Origin: Escherichia phage 1-6af
Sequence record: OR983333.1
Direction: 5' to 3' (one strand)
Length of the DNA stretch: 64,000 bases
How positions within the stretch are numbered: position 1 is the first letter of the stretch; every line of letters begins with the position of its first letter. The notes below the pieces were generated by a model. It searched no databases. It was not told where the DNA came from and worked only from the letters and a program-made list of their open reading frames with translations. Below, piece by piece: positions 1-11,100 of this stretch. The position numbers and the translations under genes are program-made.

Positions 1-1557
1 TCTGTAGACAAAACTGGCTATGTCTCAACTACTTCAGTAACTGGTAAATCTATTAAACTTACAGCTCTTCGCAAAGGTGAGATTAACATAACATGTTCTG
101 TCAGCCAAATGACACAAAGGGATTATGACGCGTTTGACGACTATCCTTGGTATCATGCTGTTATATCAAACTGTGCAGTTGCTACAACTCACTATGAAAC
201 ACCACAAGTAAAAGAATTCGAATCTGAACATTTTACTGATCTTCCGGGGTGGGGAGAACAAACAGTGGTAGATAGTGATGGGAATCCTTCAGTTAAGAAG
301 TTCAACTGGAAATGTGAAAGAGTTCGTTCTTTTAACAACAGGCTCTTTGCCCTGAATATGAGGGAATCAAATGCTTCTGGCGTTACAACTAACTACCCAC
401 TTCGTCTTCGTTGGTCTAATTTTGCTAATGAGAACAAAGCTCCTACACTATGGGATGACTTTGCCTATGATCGTTTAGTAACATCTGACTTAGCTTCGAA
501 CATAGTTGGGCAGACTGAGGCTCTGGAAAATGGTTATGCTGGTTACATTGATTTAGCAGACTCCAATGGCAGCTTGATTGATATCCTACCTCTTAAAGAT
601 TACTTGTTCGTTTACACGGAGTTTGAAACGTACATTGGTTCTCCGACTAATAACACGTATCAACCACTGATGTTCAAGAAACTCTTTAATGACTCTGGTA
701 TCCTTGCTCCTGAGTGTGCAGTTGAAGTAGAAGGTAGCCATTTCGTTGTTACTCAGAACGATGTGATCTTACATAACGGCGCAACTAAGAAGTCAATCGC
801 TTCCAACCGTGTCAAGAACATGCTGATTAATGAGATCTGTCTGGTCAACCCGTTAGCTACCAGAGTTCACTTACATCAAGATAAAAAGGAGGTTTGGATT
901 CTTTATGTAGGTCCGGGAGAGCCTAAGGAAAGTTATGCTTGTACTAAAGCTGCTGTATGGAATTACGAGTTTGATACTTGGTCTTTCCGTACTATCCCAT
1001 ATGCTCAGTGTATTGGTTTGGTTGATCCTCCTGTCCTTGAAAGGGGTCCAATTTGGGCTGACTTCCAAGAAATCACTTGGGATGACCCATCGATCAAAGA
1101 GCTTGTTTGGAGAAAGGATGCAACAAACTTCAGACAGAGGATTACGATAGTAGGTTCATTCTTGAGGGGATTCTACCAAGTGGATGTAGGCGCTCTTGAC
1201 TATTTCTATGACAGATTAAATGATGCTGTTATAGAGAAGCCTCTGGAAATGAGGTTGGAGAGGACTGGTATAGATTTTGATAATGTGACGAATGAGTGGA
1301 ATCAGAAGCATGTTAATAGATTCCGTCCTCAGACAACTGGCTCAGGCACCTATACCTTTGAAGCTGGAGGTAGTCAATTCTCAAATGAATATGGACACCC
1401 ACACACATCTAAGACTTATACAATCGGTGTTGACAGACATGTCTCGGTGAGACTGAACCATCCATACCTTTTCTATAATGTTATAGATAATGATGTTAAC
1501 AGTAATGCTGCTATCAATGGGTTAACGATAGAGTTTGCTGTTGGCGGACGGAGATAA
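1..1557 (+). CDS. virion structural protein (tail-associated), probably 5'-partial
   Basis: Frame open from window position 1 into the ORF whose first ATG is at 109; no in-frame stop and no SD before 109; Ig-like strand motif in first 36 codons; terminator follows. Confidence 0.5.
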   Translation, partial: SVDKTGYVSTTSVTGKSIKLTALRKGEINITCSVSQMTQRDYDAFDDYPWYHAVISNCAVATTHYETPQVKEFESEHFTDLPGWGEQTVVDSDGNPSVKKFNWKCERVRSFNNRLFALNMRESNASGVTTNYPLRLRWSNFANENKAPTLWDDFAYDRLVTSDLASNIVGQTEALENGYAGYIDLADSNGSLIDILPLKDYLFVYTEFETYIGSPTNNTYQPLMFKKLFNDSGILAPECAVEVEGSHFVVTQNDVILHNGATKKSIASNRVKNMLINEICLVNPLATRVHLHQDKKEVWILYVGPGEPKESYACTKAAVWNYEFDTWSFRTIPYAQCIGLVDPPVLERGPIWADFQEITWDDPSIKELVWRKDATNFRQRITIVGSFLRGFYQVDVGALDYFYDRLNDAVIEKPLEMRLERTGIDFDNVTNEWNQKHVNRFRPQTTGSGTYTFEAGGSQFSNEYGHPHTSKTYTIGVDRHVSVRLNHPYLFYNVIDNDVNSNAAINGLTIEFAVGGRR

Positions 1558-1561
1558 CAAC

Positions 1562-1590
1562 AAGGGGCTTCGTGCCCCTTTTATTGTTTT
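1562..1590 (+). terminator. intrinsic terminator
   Basis: AAGGGGC-ttcgt-GCCCCTT hairpin followed by TTTTATTGTTTT, directly after the stop at 1555-1557. Confidence 0.6.
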
Positions 1591-1600
1591 GGAGGAACTT

Positions 1601-2569
1601 ATGGGTGCAGGTGGTTTTCGTAAGAACACTGGTCGTAATAACACCACACTCCCGTACAACGTTGGGTTTCTCAATAATGTACAGGACACAGAAACATATA
1701 ACGTAGCCGTATATGACGAGCTACAGAAAGTTAGTACAGCTACTAACCAAATGTTCCAAGCTATTGATGAGATTCACGATGAGATTGATGTTCGTATCAA
1801 AGCTCTTCATGCGATGAATCTACAATTTGATGAGCTTGAGAATAGAGTTACTACAGAGATAGAGACAGCTATTGCAGATATCCAAACTCAGATGGGGAAC
1901 TTATCCACTGAAGATATTTGGGATAATTCTGTTCAACCTCCTGTAAAATTAGAAAGCACTGTATCTGGCTTTAAAACTAGTATTGAAGGTAACACAACTA
2001 AGATTCAAACGGTAGAAGGGATTGTTAACGACCAAGGTCAAGAGATCGCTTTAGTTCAGACAGAGATTCAAAATATCAACGGAAGCCTTTCTCAGTATAT
2101 GAAACTCTCTGAGTATGAAGCTACGTGGGGTGTTAACTCTACAATCAACGGAAAATATGCTGGGGTCAAGCTAACTAACAACGGAACAAACAGTCAATTC
2201 CAAGTAACAGCTAACAAATTTATTGTTGGTGATGGCAGCTCCGGTAACACTCCTTTTGTTTTTGAAAACGGTAGAGCGAAGATGGAGTTTGCTGACATAA
2301 AGAATGTCAACATTACAACTGCTATGATTGCTGACGCTAGAATACAGTGGGCACAAATTGATAATGTCAACATCACAAACGCACAGATTCAGAGTTTGTC
2401 TGCTAATAAAATTACCGCTGGTTCTATGAGTGGTACAAACTGGAGATTGACTGTTGGTGGTGATTTTGTTATGGGTGGTACTGGTGGTTCTCAGCTATGG
2501 ATGAATGGGAACAGGATAGATTTTTATGATGGAAGTGGTACACTCCGTATCAGAATAGGGAGTTGGTAA
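1601..2569 (+). CDS. tail fibre / receptor-binding-like protein
   Basis: ATG 1601 preceded by GGAGGA; coiled-coil N-terminus then repeated NVNIT-type motifs; ORF-track start 1535 overlaps the upstream gene and terminator. Confidence 0.5.
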   Translation: MGAGGFRKNTGRNNTTLPYNVGFLNNVQDTETYNVAVYDELQKVSTATNQMFQAIDEIHDEIDVRIKALHAMNLQFDELENRVTTEIETAIADIQTQMGNLSTEDIWDNSVQPPVKLESTVSGFKTSIEGNTTKIQTVEGIVNDQGQEIALVQTEIQNINGSLSQYMKLSEYEATWGVNSTINGKYAGVKLTNNGTNSQFQVTANKFIVGDGSSGNTPFVFENGRAKMEFADIKNVNITTAMIADARIQWAQIDNVNITNAQIQSLSANKITAGSMSGTNWRLTVGGDFVMGGTGGSQLWMNGNRIDFYDGSGTLRIRIGSW

Positions 2570-2570
2570 T

Positions 2571-3605
2571 ATGGCATATGGAATATGGACAACGCCAGTT
2601 GGACCGGGACCAGCTTCTCCGGCTGAGATTTTTATTGATAGTAATTCCACTTTCCCTCAATTCAAGAATAGGGTCAGTGGTAATTACAACTTTAATGGAG
2701 GTAGTAGAGATTTCCCTATTTCTGGATGGGATGGCTCAGGCCAAATTGTTGTAGTCCCAACCGGCTCTTTGTGTTGGCAATGGGAAGTCCCTCCTAACCT
2801 TGTCCCTGATGTGTATGTTGTAAATAACATAAGTATTGTGAATAACTCAACTTTTAGGGTTAGCATAAATATGAATCCCGGAAGTAACCCATTGTTTGAC
2901 GTGGCTTTCAATGTATATCAAATATGGCCTAGAGCTAATAGAAACTACGGGATAACCTTTTCAAACACAGCTGATTACTTCTCTATATCAGATGCTGGGG
3001 TTGTTGGTCAATGTATTTGGGCTTGGGAAGGAAACATTAATGGTTCTATGCAAATACCAGCCATCAGTGGTTTTGATATGTCAAGAGCTTCTGTGTTTGC
3101 TAACTGGTCTGGAGGGCAAGGTTTACTGTACGATGCAGGGAGTCGTAATATCAGAGTTTATCAAAACAGAACATACGACAATGGAAACAACAACCAAACA
3201 GGTACAATCAACAATGTGAGAGTTGCAGTGTTCTGTGATGGGGCTGGTGTTCCTACTCACAATGGTGGATTGAACATCTACTCACCTAATGGTTCTCAAT
3301 GTGTATTCTCTACTTACAGAACACCTTTTATGGTTGATCGCTTTATGGCTATGAGTGGAGGAGACACTGGACTATCCTATCCTATGATTCCTCTGACGAA
3401 TGGGGCTGGTTCAATTAGAGGCCAAGCTGGTAGTTGGTATTTCCAACACGCAAGATCTCATATAATGAACGGGTCTTCTTTTGGCACAGGGTATGGTCGA
3501 TATATGTTCCAGTGGAGTAGAAACTACGATATGGGTGGTGGTGGGGCTATCTCCCTTCAGGTTCCAGTACTAGATGCTAGGAAGATTTTTAGAAGCATAC
3601 AATAA
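2571..3605 (+). CDS. virion structural protein (putative fibre/adhesin component)
   Basis: Operon position among tail genes; Gly/Asn/Ser-rich beta-type composition. Confidence 0.35.
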   Translation: MAYGIWTTPVGPGPASPAEIFIDSNSTFPQFKNRVSGNYNFNGGSRDFPISGWDGSGQIVVVPTGSLCWQWEVPPNLVPDVYVVNNISIVNNSTFRVSINMNPGSNPLFDVAFNVYQIWPRANRNYGITFSNTADYFSISDAGVVGQCIWAWEGNINGSMQIPAISGFDMSRASVFANWSGGQGLLYDAGSRNIRVYQNRTYDNGNNNQTGTINNVRVAVFCDGAGVPTHNGGLNIYSPNGSQCVFSTYRTPFMVDRFMAMSGGDTGLSYPMIPLTNGAGSIRGQAGSWYFQHARSHIMNGSSFGTGYGRYMFQWSRNYDMGGGGAISLQVPVLDARKIFRSIQ

Positions 3606-3614
3606 GGAGAGCTT

Positions 3615-4397
3615 ATGGCAATTAGAATGGATATAGAAGAACTAGACCCGATGGTTCAACAGGCTTCAAAGAAGTATGGAATCCCAGCTGCTTTGATTCA
3701 TGCTGTAATCCAAAGAGAGTCTAGCGGACGTCCTAAGGTGGCTTCCGGAACTGGTCCTGTCGGTTTGATGCAGATCAGTAAAGGGTTAGCCAAAGACTAT
3801 GGTTACAAACTAGAAGATAGACTTGATCCAGCAAAGAATATCGACATGGGTGCTCGTTACATCAGAGACAACCTGAAAGCTTTTAATGGTGACGTTAAGA
3901 AGGCAATGGTCGGTTACTCAGAGGGAACTGGTGGTGCTAAGCAGATGTTCGCTGGTAAGAAAGGATTTACCCCTCAGGCTCTAGATTCAATGAACAACAA
4001 ACACTTTCTTCCTTTTTATGGTGATGCAGCTTCTCAGATTGCTAACCCTGTTGGAGCTTTGCAAGCTGTTCAACCAGTCAATCAGTTTAGTCCTGACTTA
4101 TTAGATAGAGAGAAGGCCGCACAAGCTCCGACTCAGGCAGAAATTGCTGCTTCTAAGACTGGTGCTTTAGGTGGCAATCCAGTAGAGTTTTACTCTGATG
4201 AAGCACAAGAAGGGGAAGATCAGAAGCCTCAACAGAACTTTGGTAATGCAGTATTAGGGGTAGCTGCTATGCTTGCTGGTAAACCTCCTACTTCTCAAAC
4301 AGTTCAGAGGGCAAGTGCACCACATGCGGCAGGTTCTCAGTACAGTCCACAAACACAAGCAGTGCTCAGACGTTTGGCTAGCATTGGTGTAAAGTAA
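3615..4397 (+). CDS. lytic transglycosylase (SLT domain), virion-associated
   Basis: SLT motifs IQRESSG ... GLMQI ... Y..G; AAGGAG RBS. Confidence 0.75.
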   Translation: MAIRMDIEELDPMVQQASKKYGIPAALIHAVIQRESSGRPKVASGTGPVGLMQISKGLAKDYGYKLEDRLDPAKNIDMGARYIRDNLKAFNGDVKKAMVGYSEGTGGAKQMFAGKKGFTPQALDSMNNKHFLPFYGDAASQIANPVGALQAVQPVNQFSPDLLDREKAAQAPTQAEIAASKTGALGGNPVEFYSDEAQEGEDQKPQQNFGNAVLGVAAMLAGKPPTSQTVQRASAPHAAGSQYSPQTQAVLRRLASIGVK

Positions 4398-4416
4398 TAA
4401 TCTTTAAGGAGGACTT

Positions 4417-5469
4417 ATGTCTTTATTTGGAAAATCAGCTTCTAGCAAAATCACAGTGGCCCCTTCCTCTCAGGTTGATGCCCTGCTGAAGCAGATTGTT
4501 GCTAATGCTCAGAATATGCAGAACAACGATCCGGGATTCATCTCCCAACAACTGGCTGGGTTTAATGGCAACCAACAAGGTGCTCTGAATAACTTAGCAG
4601 CTTCTACTACTCAGAAGCAATTGGCTGATATGTACACACCTCGTACACAGCAAGGGTTGGACCAATTAAACTCTCTTGCACAGCAGTATCAGAATATTGT
4701 CAACAGTGGTGGGGTTACAGCTGATGGTGTTAATAATTTTAGCAAAGGTTTGAACAATTCAGCTTTAGCTCAAGCTACTAGCAAAGCAGCTTCCAACGTA
4801 TCTCTCGGAAATGGTTCTGACTCAGGTTCTCTTCGTAGAGCTGCTGCTCAGGGTGCTGCTTTGAATGGTGCTAATACAAATCTATCTCGAACTATCAATG
4901 GAAAGAATATGGGAATTAATGCCCTTCAACAAGACCAAAACTTCCAGAGAGGCTTACTTGGTGCTCAGTTGGGGTTAGCTGGACAGAACCTTAATCTTGG
5001 TGCACAAGGTGTTCAGGCAACCCAACAAGCTATCCAGAATCAACTCTTGGCTGGTAATTTACAACAGCGACAAGATCAAGCTCAAGCTGACATTAATTGG
5101 CAGAATGCTATTGGCTCTAGGCAGTATGGGTGGAATCAGCTTAACAACCAGCTTAATGTATTAAACAGTGTAAGCCCAATGGCTGGGTACACAATTAAGA
5201 ATGCCGCTCCGGGTATTAACACAGGACAGCAGATTCTCGGTGCTGGTATCACTGGATTAGGTATTGCAGGTCGTATGGGTGCTTTCTCTCCTAACCAACA
5301 GACTCAGAATGCTTGGAGTTCCTATAACAACTCAGGTGGGCAATCTGGAATGGCTGGTCCTATGATTGGAGGTTCTAATCTTTCTCAACAGAAAGGTCAG
5401 TCTAACTGGTTATCCACAGCAGGTAGTAATATCTTAGGTGGTGTCTTAGGGGCATTCGGAGCAAACTAA
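4417..5469 (+). CDS. Gln/Asn/Gly-rich virion internal protein
   Basis: Low-complexity Q/N/G/A-rich ORF with AGGAGG RBS; paralogous to the next gene. Confidence 0.4.
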   Translation: MSLFGKSASSKITVAPSSQVDALLKQIVANAQNMQNNDPGFISQQLAGFNGNQQGALNNLAASTTQKQLADMYTPRTQQGLDQLNSLAQQYQNIVNSGGVTADGVNNFSKGLNNSALAQATSKAASNVSLGNGSDSGSLRRAAAQGAALNGANTNLSRTINGKNMGINALQQDQNFQRGLLGAQLGLAGQNLNLGAQGVQATQQAIQNQLLAGNLQQRQDQAQADINWQNAIGSRQYGWNQLNNQLNVLNSVSPMAGYTIKNAAPGINTGQQILGAGITGLGIAGRMGAFSPNQQTQNAWSSYNNSGGQSGMAGPMIGGSNLSQQKGQSNWLSTAGSNILGGVLGAFGAN

Positions 5470-5481
5470 AGGAGATTTAAT

Positions 5482-6450
5482 ATGGCTTTATTTGGAGGAG
5501 GGAATAGTAAAACTACTTCCCAAATGATTCGCCCTGAATACATTCAACAGTATATTGACCAGCTTAATAAGCAGATTGGTAATACCAGTTCAGGGGATTA
5601 TGTTTATCGAGATAATGTAGGGTTTAATAACAACCAGACGGAGGCACTTAATAACTTAGCACAATCTGGTGCTCTAGGAACTCTCTCACAGCAATATATG
5701 GATGCAGCAGGTCAAGGGTTAGGGTATCTGGATAATGCCTATAAAGGTTATCAGAGCCTCTCTGGACAAGGTGGGATTACTGGAGAACAGATCGGTGCTC
5801 TCGCTGGTCAACTGTATGATGACGATGCTGTGCAAGCAGCTATTACAGCTAATAATGAGCAGGTTCAACAGAACTTGGCACGTAATGCGCTTCCTCAGTT
5901 AGCTCAACAGTTTGCTGGTCAACAAGGCTCAGGTGCTCGTATGGCTAAGTCTTTTGCCCAAGGTGATGCTCTGAATCAGATGCAAGGGCAAGCAACAGAC
6001 ATTACCAATAGTGCCTATAACTCTGCTATTAGCCAAGCTGAAAGTATCCTCTCTGGTAATAGGCAGAATCAGGCAGCTGCTCTCTCAGGTCTTTCTAATA
6101 TTGGTTCTAACCTTTCTAACCTAGGTCAACAGGGTGCTAATTTGTCTCAACAGCAAATGATGAATCAATGGAATGCAGGGTTGCAGCAACAACAGCAACA
6201 ACAGAATGAATATGATAATGCCTACCAGAATGCTCAGAATGCAGCTAATTGGGGATGGCAGGATATCAACAACCAACTCGGTGCAGCAGGTGTACTTAAC
6301 GGCGCTCTCGGACAAACTACAACTACTAAAACATCTGGTGGCAAAGGTGGTTTCCTTGGTGGAGCTATGAGTGGTGCAGCAGCAGGTTCTTCCTTTGGGC
6401 CTTGGGGTGCATTAGCTGGGGGTGTAATCGGTGGGTTGGCTAGTACTTAA
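5482..6450 (+). CDS. Gln/Asn/Gly-rich virion internal protein (tandem paralog)
   Basis: Shares N-terminal pattern M(S/A)LFG...FNxNQ..ALNNLA with 4417..5469. Confidence 0.4.
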   Translation: MALFGGGNSKTTSQMIRPEYIQQYIDQLNKQIGNTSSGDYVYRDNVGFNNNQTEALNNLAQSGALGTLSQQYMDAAGQGLGYLDNAYKGYQSLSGQGGITGEQIGALAGQLYDDDAVQAAITANNEQVQQNLARNALPQLAQQFAGQQGSGARMAKSFAQGDALNQMQGQATDITNSAYNSAISQAESILSGNRQNQAAALSGLSNIGSNLSNLGQQGANLSQQQMMNQWNAGLQQQQQQQNEYDNAYQNAQNAANWGWQDINNQLGAAGVLNGALGQTTTTKTSGGKGGFLGGAMSGAAAGSSFGPWGALAGGVIGGLAST

Positions 6451-6463
6451 TTAGGAGATAAAT

Positions 6464-8119
6464 ATGCAACAGACAACTTACGCTCAGGTTAGAAGTCGTG
6501 ACCCGAGAAATACTTTCTATGGTGTTAATCCAGGAGCGGCTTCGGCCTCTCCTTATATGGCTAGACCGACTCAGACAGCAGACATTTCTATGTACCAACG
6601 TCCTGCTGTACCTTCATCTCTTGCGGGTCTTGTCTCTCAGGCAGAAGAAGATCAGAATGCTATGATTAATCCGGGATTCCAGCAACGTCTTATGGAACAG
6701 CAGAATCAAGGAACCCCTACCAGTCTTCAGGGTATTGATATTGGAGCACCAGCCCCTGTAGCGGCTAATCCTAACCTATCCACTGATCAAGGTTTACAAG
6801 ATGCAGGGCTTATGCCTAGTGACCCTCTTCCGGTAACACCTCCCCCTAAACCACTAGAAGCTGGTCCTATGGAGTTTACTCCTTCTCAGGTGGAACAGGC
6901 ACAAGGTGTGATTAACACTCTTGCTCAAGGACAAGACACTGGTGATGGAATGGCTGCTGCTACTCGTGCTAAAGATCAGGAACGTGTTAACAATGATATC
7001 TTGCAAGTTGCTAAAGCTAAAGACCCTTCAGAAGCTTGGAACAAACTACAGAAAGAACCGTTCTATCAGAACTCTAGTTTCTACACAGGTTTGATGGGTG
7101 TAGGTCTTTCAATCATGTCAGGTAAGTCTCCTATCGAAGCTTTCCAGATTGGTCAGGGAATGGCTAATCAAGATGAGACTAAGAAGCAACTGGAAGCTAA
7201 CCGTGATGCCCTGATTGAACAAGGTTTCTCTCAAGACTCGATCGCAGCTGCTATTGCTAACGGAGACCCTTCTCTGCTGAAGATGAAAGCTGTAGACCCT
7301 GCTCAGAAAGAAGCGTTGTATGCTGCTCGTGAAGAACGACAGAATGCTGAATGGGATAGACGTCAACAGATTCAAGAGCAGACTATGCGTGAGCGTGCTG
7401 AGGAAACTCGTCGAGCCGCTGAAGAAAGAGCTAATATGAACTTTGAACGTCAGAAAGAGTTGATTGGGTATCGTGATAAAGTTAAGGCTGAACGTGCTGA
7501 ACAAGCTGCTCAGAGTTTTAACTTTAACCCGAAAGAAGTTCGTCTTGCTCAGAATACAGCTGAAGGTACGGTTGCTAAGCAGTGGGCAGAGAAAGGTGGT
7601 CTGTTTAACCAGTCTAACAAAGACTTGGATTTGGCTGATAAGGCTGTTAAGGATAAAGACTATCAGACAGCTCGTTCTGCTTACATGCAGGCTATCATGA
7701 ACTCCGCAAGGGCTGAAATCGGTGCTACTCGTTCTCTTACCGAAGAAGATTTGGGGCACTTTGCAGAAGACCCATCAATCTTCATTCGTGTTGGCAACAA
7801 GTTTGCACTTAAATCTGGATGGCGTCCTACTGATTCTGCTCTTGCTTATGCTCGTAAGCAAGCTAACGTTGGTCACACCTCTGCAATGAAAGGTGTTGCT
7901 GATGCTAAGAGAGCTACGATTGAAGCTTACATCGGTTCTGGTATGGATAAGAAGAGAGCTACTGCATTGGTTAACCGTGCAATCCCTTCTGGCGGTTTCT
8001 ACGATCCTCTAGGTGTTTTCTCTGAACAAGCGGAAGAAGCAGTTGGTGGTGCAGCAACCAATCCTAAGCTTAATGGTGCTTTATCAGCTGTCGAAGACAC
8101 TAGCTGGTTCACGCAATAA
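6464..8119 (+). CDS. virion internal / ejection protein
   Basis: 551-aa ORF in structural operon; Pro-rich linker and Arg/Glu-rich coiled coil. Confidence 0.35.
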   Translation: MQQTTYAQVRSRDPRNTFYGVNPGAASASPYMARPTQTADISMYQRPAVPSSLAGLVSQAEEDQNAMINPGFQQRLMEQQNQGTPTSLQGIDIGAPAPVAANPNLSTDQGLQDAGLMPSDPLPVTPPPKPLEAGPMEFTPSQVEQAQGVINTLAQGQDTGDGMAAATRAKDQERVNNDILQVAKAKDPSEAWNKLQKEPFYQNSSFYTGLMGVGLSIMSGKSPIEAFQIGQGMANQDETKKQLEANRDALIEQGFSQDSIAAAIANGDPSLLKMKAVDPAQKEALYAAREERQNAEWDRRQQIQEQTMRERAEETRRAAEERANMNFERQKELIGYRDKVKAERAEQAAQSFNFNPKEVRLAQNTAEGTVAKQWAEKGGLFNQSNKDLDLADKAVKDKDYQTARSAYMQAIMNSARAEIGATRSLTEEDLGHFAEDPSIFIRVGNKFALKSGWRPTDSALAYARKQANVGHTSAMKGVADAKRATIEAYIGSGMDKKRATALVNRAIPSGGFYDPLGVFSEQAEEAVGGAATNPKLNGALSAVEDTSWFTQ

Positions 8120-8186
8120 GACCTAAGTCCTGCCTTCTATAATGTATATAGGGGGTAGGACATTTTTATTTATAAAAGGAGACGTT

Positions 8187-11100
8187 ATGGCTAACATTAA
8201 ACCGTGGGAAGAAGCTTCCAAAGCTCCTGCGTATCTGAATGCCTCTCCGGAGCAACAAGCTCAAATGAGAGAACAATATAAGGCAGCAGGTGGCTCTATT
8301 CCTGAGGAACAACCAGTAGCACAACCACAACAAGAAGAACGTGGTGCTATAGGTGAGTTTGCTCAAGGTGTGTCAAATGCTCTTCAATCTGGTGGTGCAA
8401 ATATTGCAGCTAGTGCTGCTAAAGGTATTGGTGGTTTAGTTGAGATTGGTGAGAATCTAGCTGGAGCACAAACTAGTTATGGTAAGCGTATCCAAGAGAA
8501 CTCTCAGAACCTTCTGAAAGAACGTATGGATAAGATTGAGGATGGGATTGGTAAAACTGTTGGTCAGTATGCTGGCGTTGCTGGTGATATTGGTATGACT
8601 GTTGCTAACCCATTGGCTGCTGCTGCTATCATCGCAGGTCGTGAGACAGGTCGTGCATATGCAGACCAAACCCCTGAAGAGGGAGAAGATAAATCTATTC
8701 TAGATGCGGCCTTAGTTGGTGGTGCTAACTATGCGGCTCAGAGAATTCTTCCGGGCGCTGTTGGTACAGCTGAGTCCACACTTGGACGTATCGGTCAGAA
8801 CGTTGCTAGTAACGCAGTGGCTGGTGCTAAAGGTGGCGCTCTTGTAGGTGCTGCTGAAGCTCAGAACAAGCATGGAGATGATACAACCTTTGCTAATGTA
8901 TTAGAGGGTGCTATCGAAGAAGGTGCTATGGGTGCTGCATTTGGTGGTGCAGTTGGTGGGGTTCATGGTTTGATTAGCCGTCCAGACTCTGCTGTCTTCA
9001 AGAATACTCCAGAGTATGCGAAGACTGATATTGCTGCTGATGACGAACTAATTCGCAGTGCTAAGAATATTGATGAATTGAAAGAAGCCTACTCTAAAGC
9101 TGAAACTGCTAACGCTGCTTCTGCTCTGAATCTTCTGGATGAGAATGGATTCCGTATTACAGATGCTGTTGCTGTAGATTCTCCTGCTGCTCAGCGTATC
9201 CTCAATACTGACCAAGCTCGCGCTGAGAAAGCTGCTTCCGTTCAGAAAGAACATTCCAACATTCCGGGCCTTAACCCTTTAGCTTCTCCTGCTAAAACTC
9301 GTGGTAAAGCATTCGCTGATAACGAGCACAACCAGAAGCAGGCTGTTGCTATGAAGGATGCAATGGCTGATTATACCAAAGACAACACGAAAGCTCTTAC
9401 AGATGTTCTAGATAATCTAGACCGTGAATTAACATCTCTCCGAGCTTCTGGTGATTTTACTGGTAGTCCGATTGATATTAAGAATCGTACACAAGCTGAC
9501 CGTGATTTCATTGATGCTTACAAGACTTTCTACAATGAAGCAAATCGATTCAAAGCTCGTGATGGTGAAGACTTTAATAACTTTGTAGAGAAAGCTGCTG
9601 AACTACAGAAGATGGCTGATAATGTTTCTCCAGAGATGAAGAAAGCTATCGGTGGGTTGAAGAAACTGAAAGGTATGCCTGAAGGTTTTAATCCTATCCA
9701 AGATGCTTACACTCTGAACAATACAGCTAAGTTCATGAGCAATCAAGACCGTGGTTGGACTTCCCTGACTGATGATGGATTCCGTGAGGCTTCTTCACCT
9801 AGTCTGGTAATGAATACTCTCGGTGCTGCTAAGTATGCTCTGAATCGCTTCTCTTCTCAGCGTGCTCGCTCTCAACGTGTTAAGCAACAAGAATCTAACA
9901 GTGAAGCTATCCGCTCTCTTGCTCGTGGTGATTTGGAAGTTGCTCGTGCTAAATCTACTGCTGATGAAGCTCGTGCTAAGATGGAAGAAGAACCAGTTGT
10001 TGATGACATTAAATTTAAGACGCAAAATGACGTGGAAACCGAACCGGTTCGGGAGTCTTCTTCTAGTACTGTGACAGAAGAAAATCCTCCTTCTTCTGCT
10101 CCTCAAGAAACTCCTCTTACAGCTCGTGATTTAGTTGCTCAAAGACGTGCTATCCGTCAGGCTGAACAGCGTCGTGCTGAAGAAGAGGCGTTGGCTGCTC
10201 AAGAAGCTCCGGTCGAACAAGCTCCACAGGCTGAACCTCTCCCTGCTCGCAACCCTTTAGAGGAGCGTCGTGCAATGGAACAGCAACGTGCTCAAGAAGA
10301 GGCCGCACAAGCTCCAGAACCAACCGTAGAGGAACCAACAGTCAAAGCTGAGCCATTACCTGCCCGTGCTCCTAAAGCTCCTAAGGAGGCTGTACAGGAT
10401 GTTAAACCGGCAAGTGGTGTAGAACGTTTAGCTGCTATGTCTAGTGCTGCCCGTCAGGCTACTAAAGATCGTGCAGAACGTTTTGCTCGTTCTCTGTACT
10501 CTAAGGCTGCTAAGGCTAAAGCTACCGCTGAAAACTTCTTGGCTTATAAAGGTGATCCTAAGGAATTGATGCGTCGTATTCGTCAGGAAGACAATGCTAT
10601 CAACACTGAACGTCATGAAGAAATGGCTCGTAACCAGCTGGCTTCACAGCAAGGTATTGCTACTGCTAAGAACAACACTGTACGAACTAATTTTGCTGAA
10701 TGGGTTAAGGAACGTGGTCTGCCAGAAGACATTGCTACTAAGGCATTACGTGCTGAAGAGAAAGGTTTAGGTGGGAACGTTACTAACTTGGATAGTCTGA
10801 AACGTCGTGCTGAAAGGTTGTATCAGAAGCAGCGTGAAGATGAGTTTGATAGATTGTATCAACAAGCTCTAGAAGAGAACAAAGCTTTCGATAATAAGAA
10901 TGCTCCTAAACTGGTTGACCAGAAGAAAGAGCTTCAGTCTGAGATTGATGCTTTGATTGATTCAGAACCTTTACGTCCTGCTCAGAAAGATGCTATGCGC
11001 AAGTTGATGAATGACTTTGTAGATGGAAAGTTTAAATCTTCAGAGAAAGCTGGTAGGGAAGAGGCTTTGGAAGTTGGTCAGATGAAGGATATTTGGGATG

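Noticed and set aside
871-1150. ORF-track entries overlapping the structural genes (871..1068 -, 935..1150 +), and many similar ones (e.g. 2171..2376, 7118..7759, 9795..10106, 11484..11786, 16732..17055, 34513..34744)
   Set aside because: They lie inside long well-supported genes, lack RBS context and have skewed low-complexity composition; treated as shadow ORFs.
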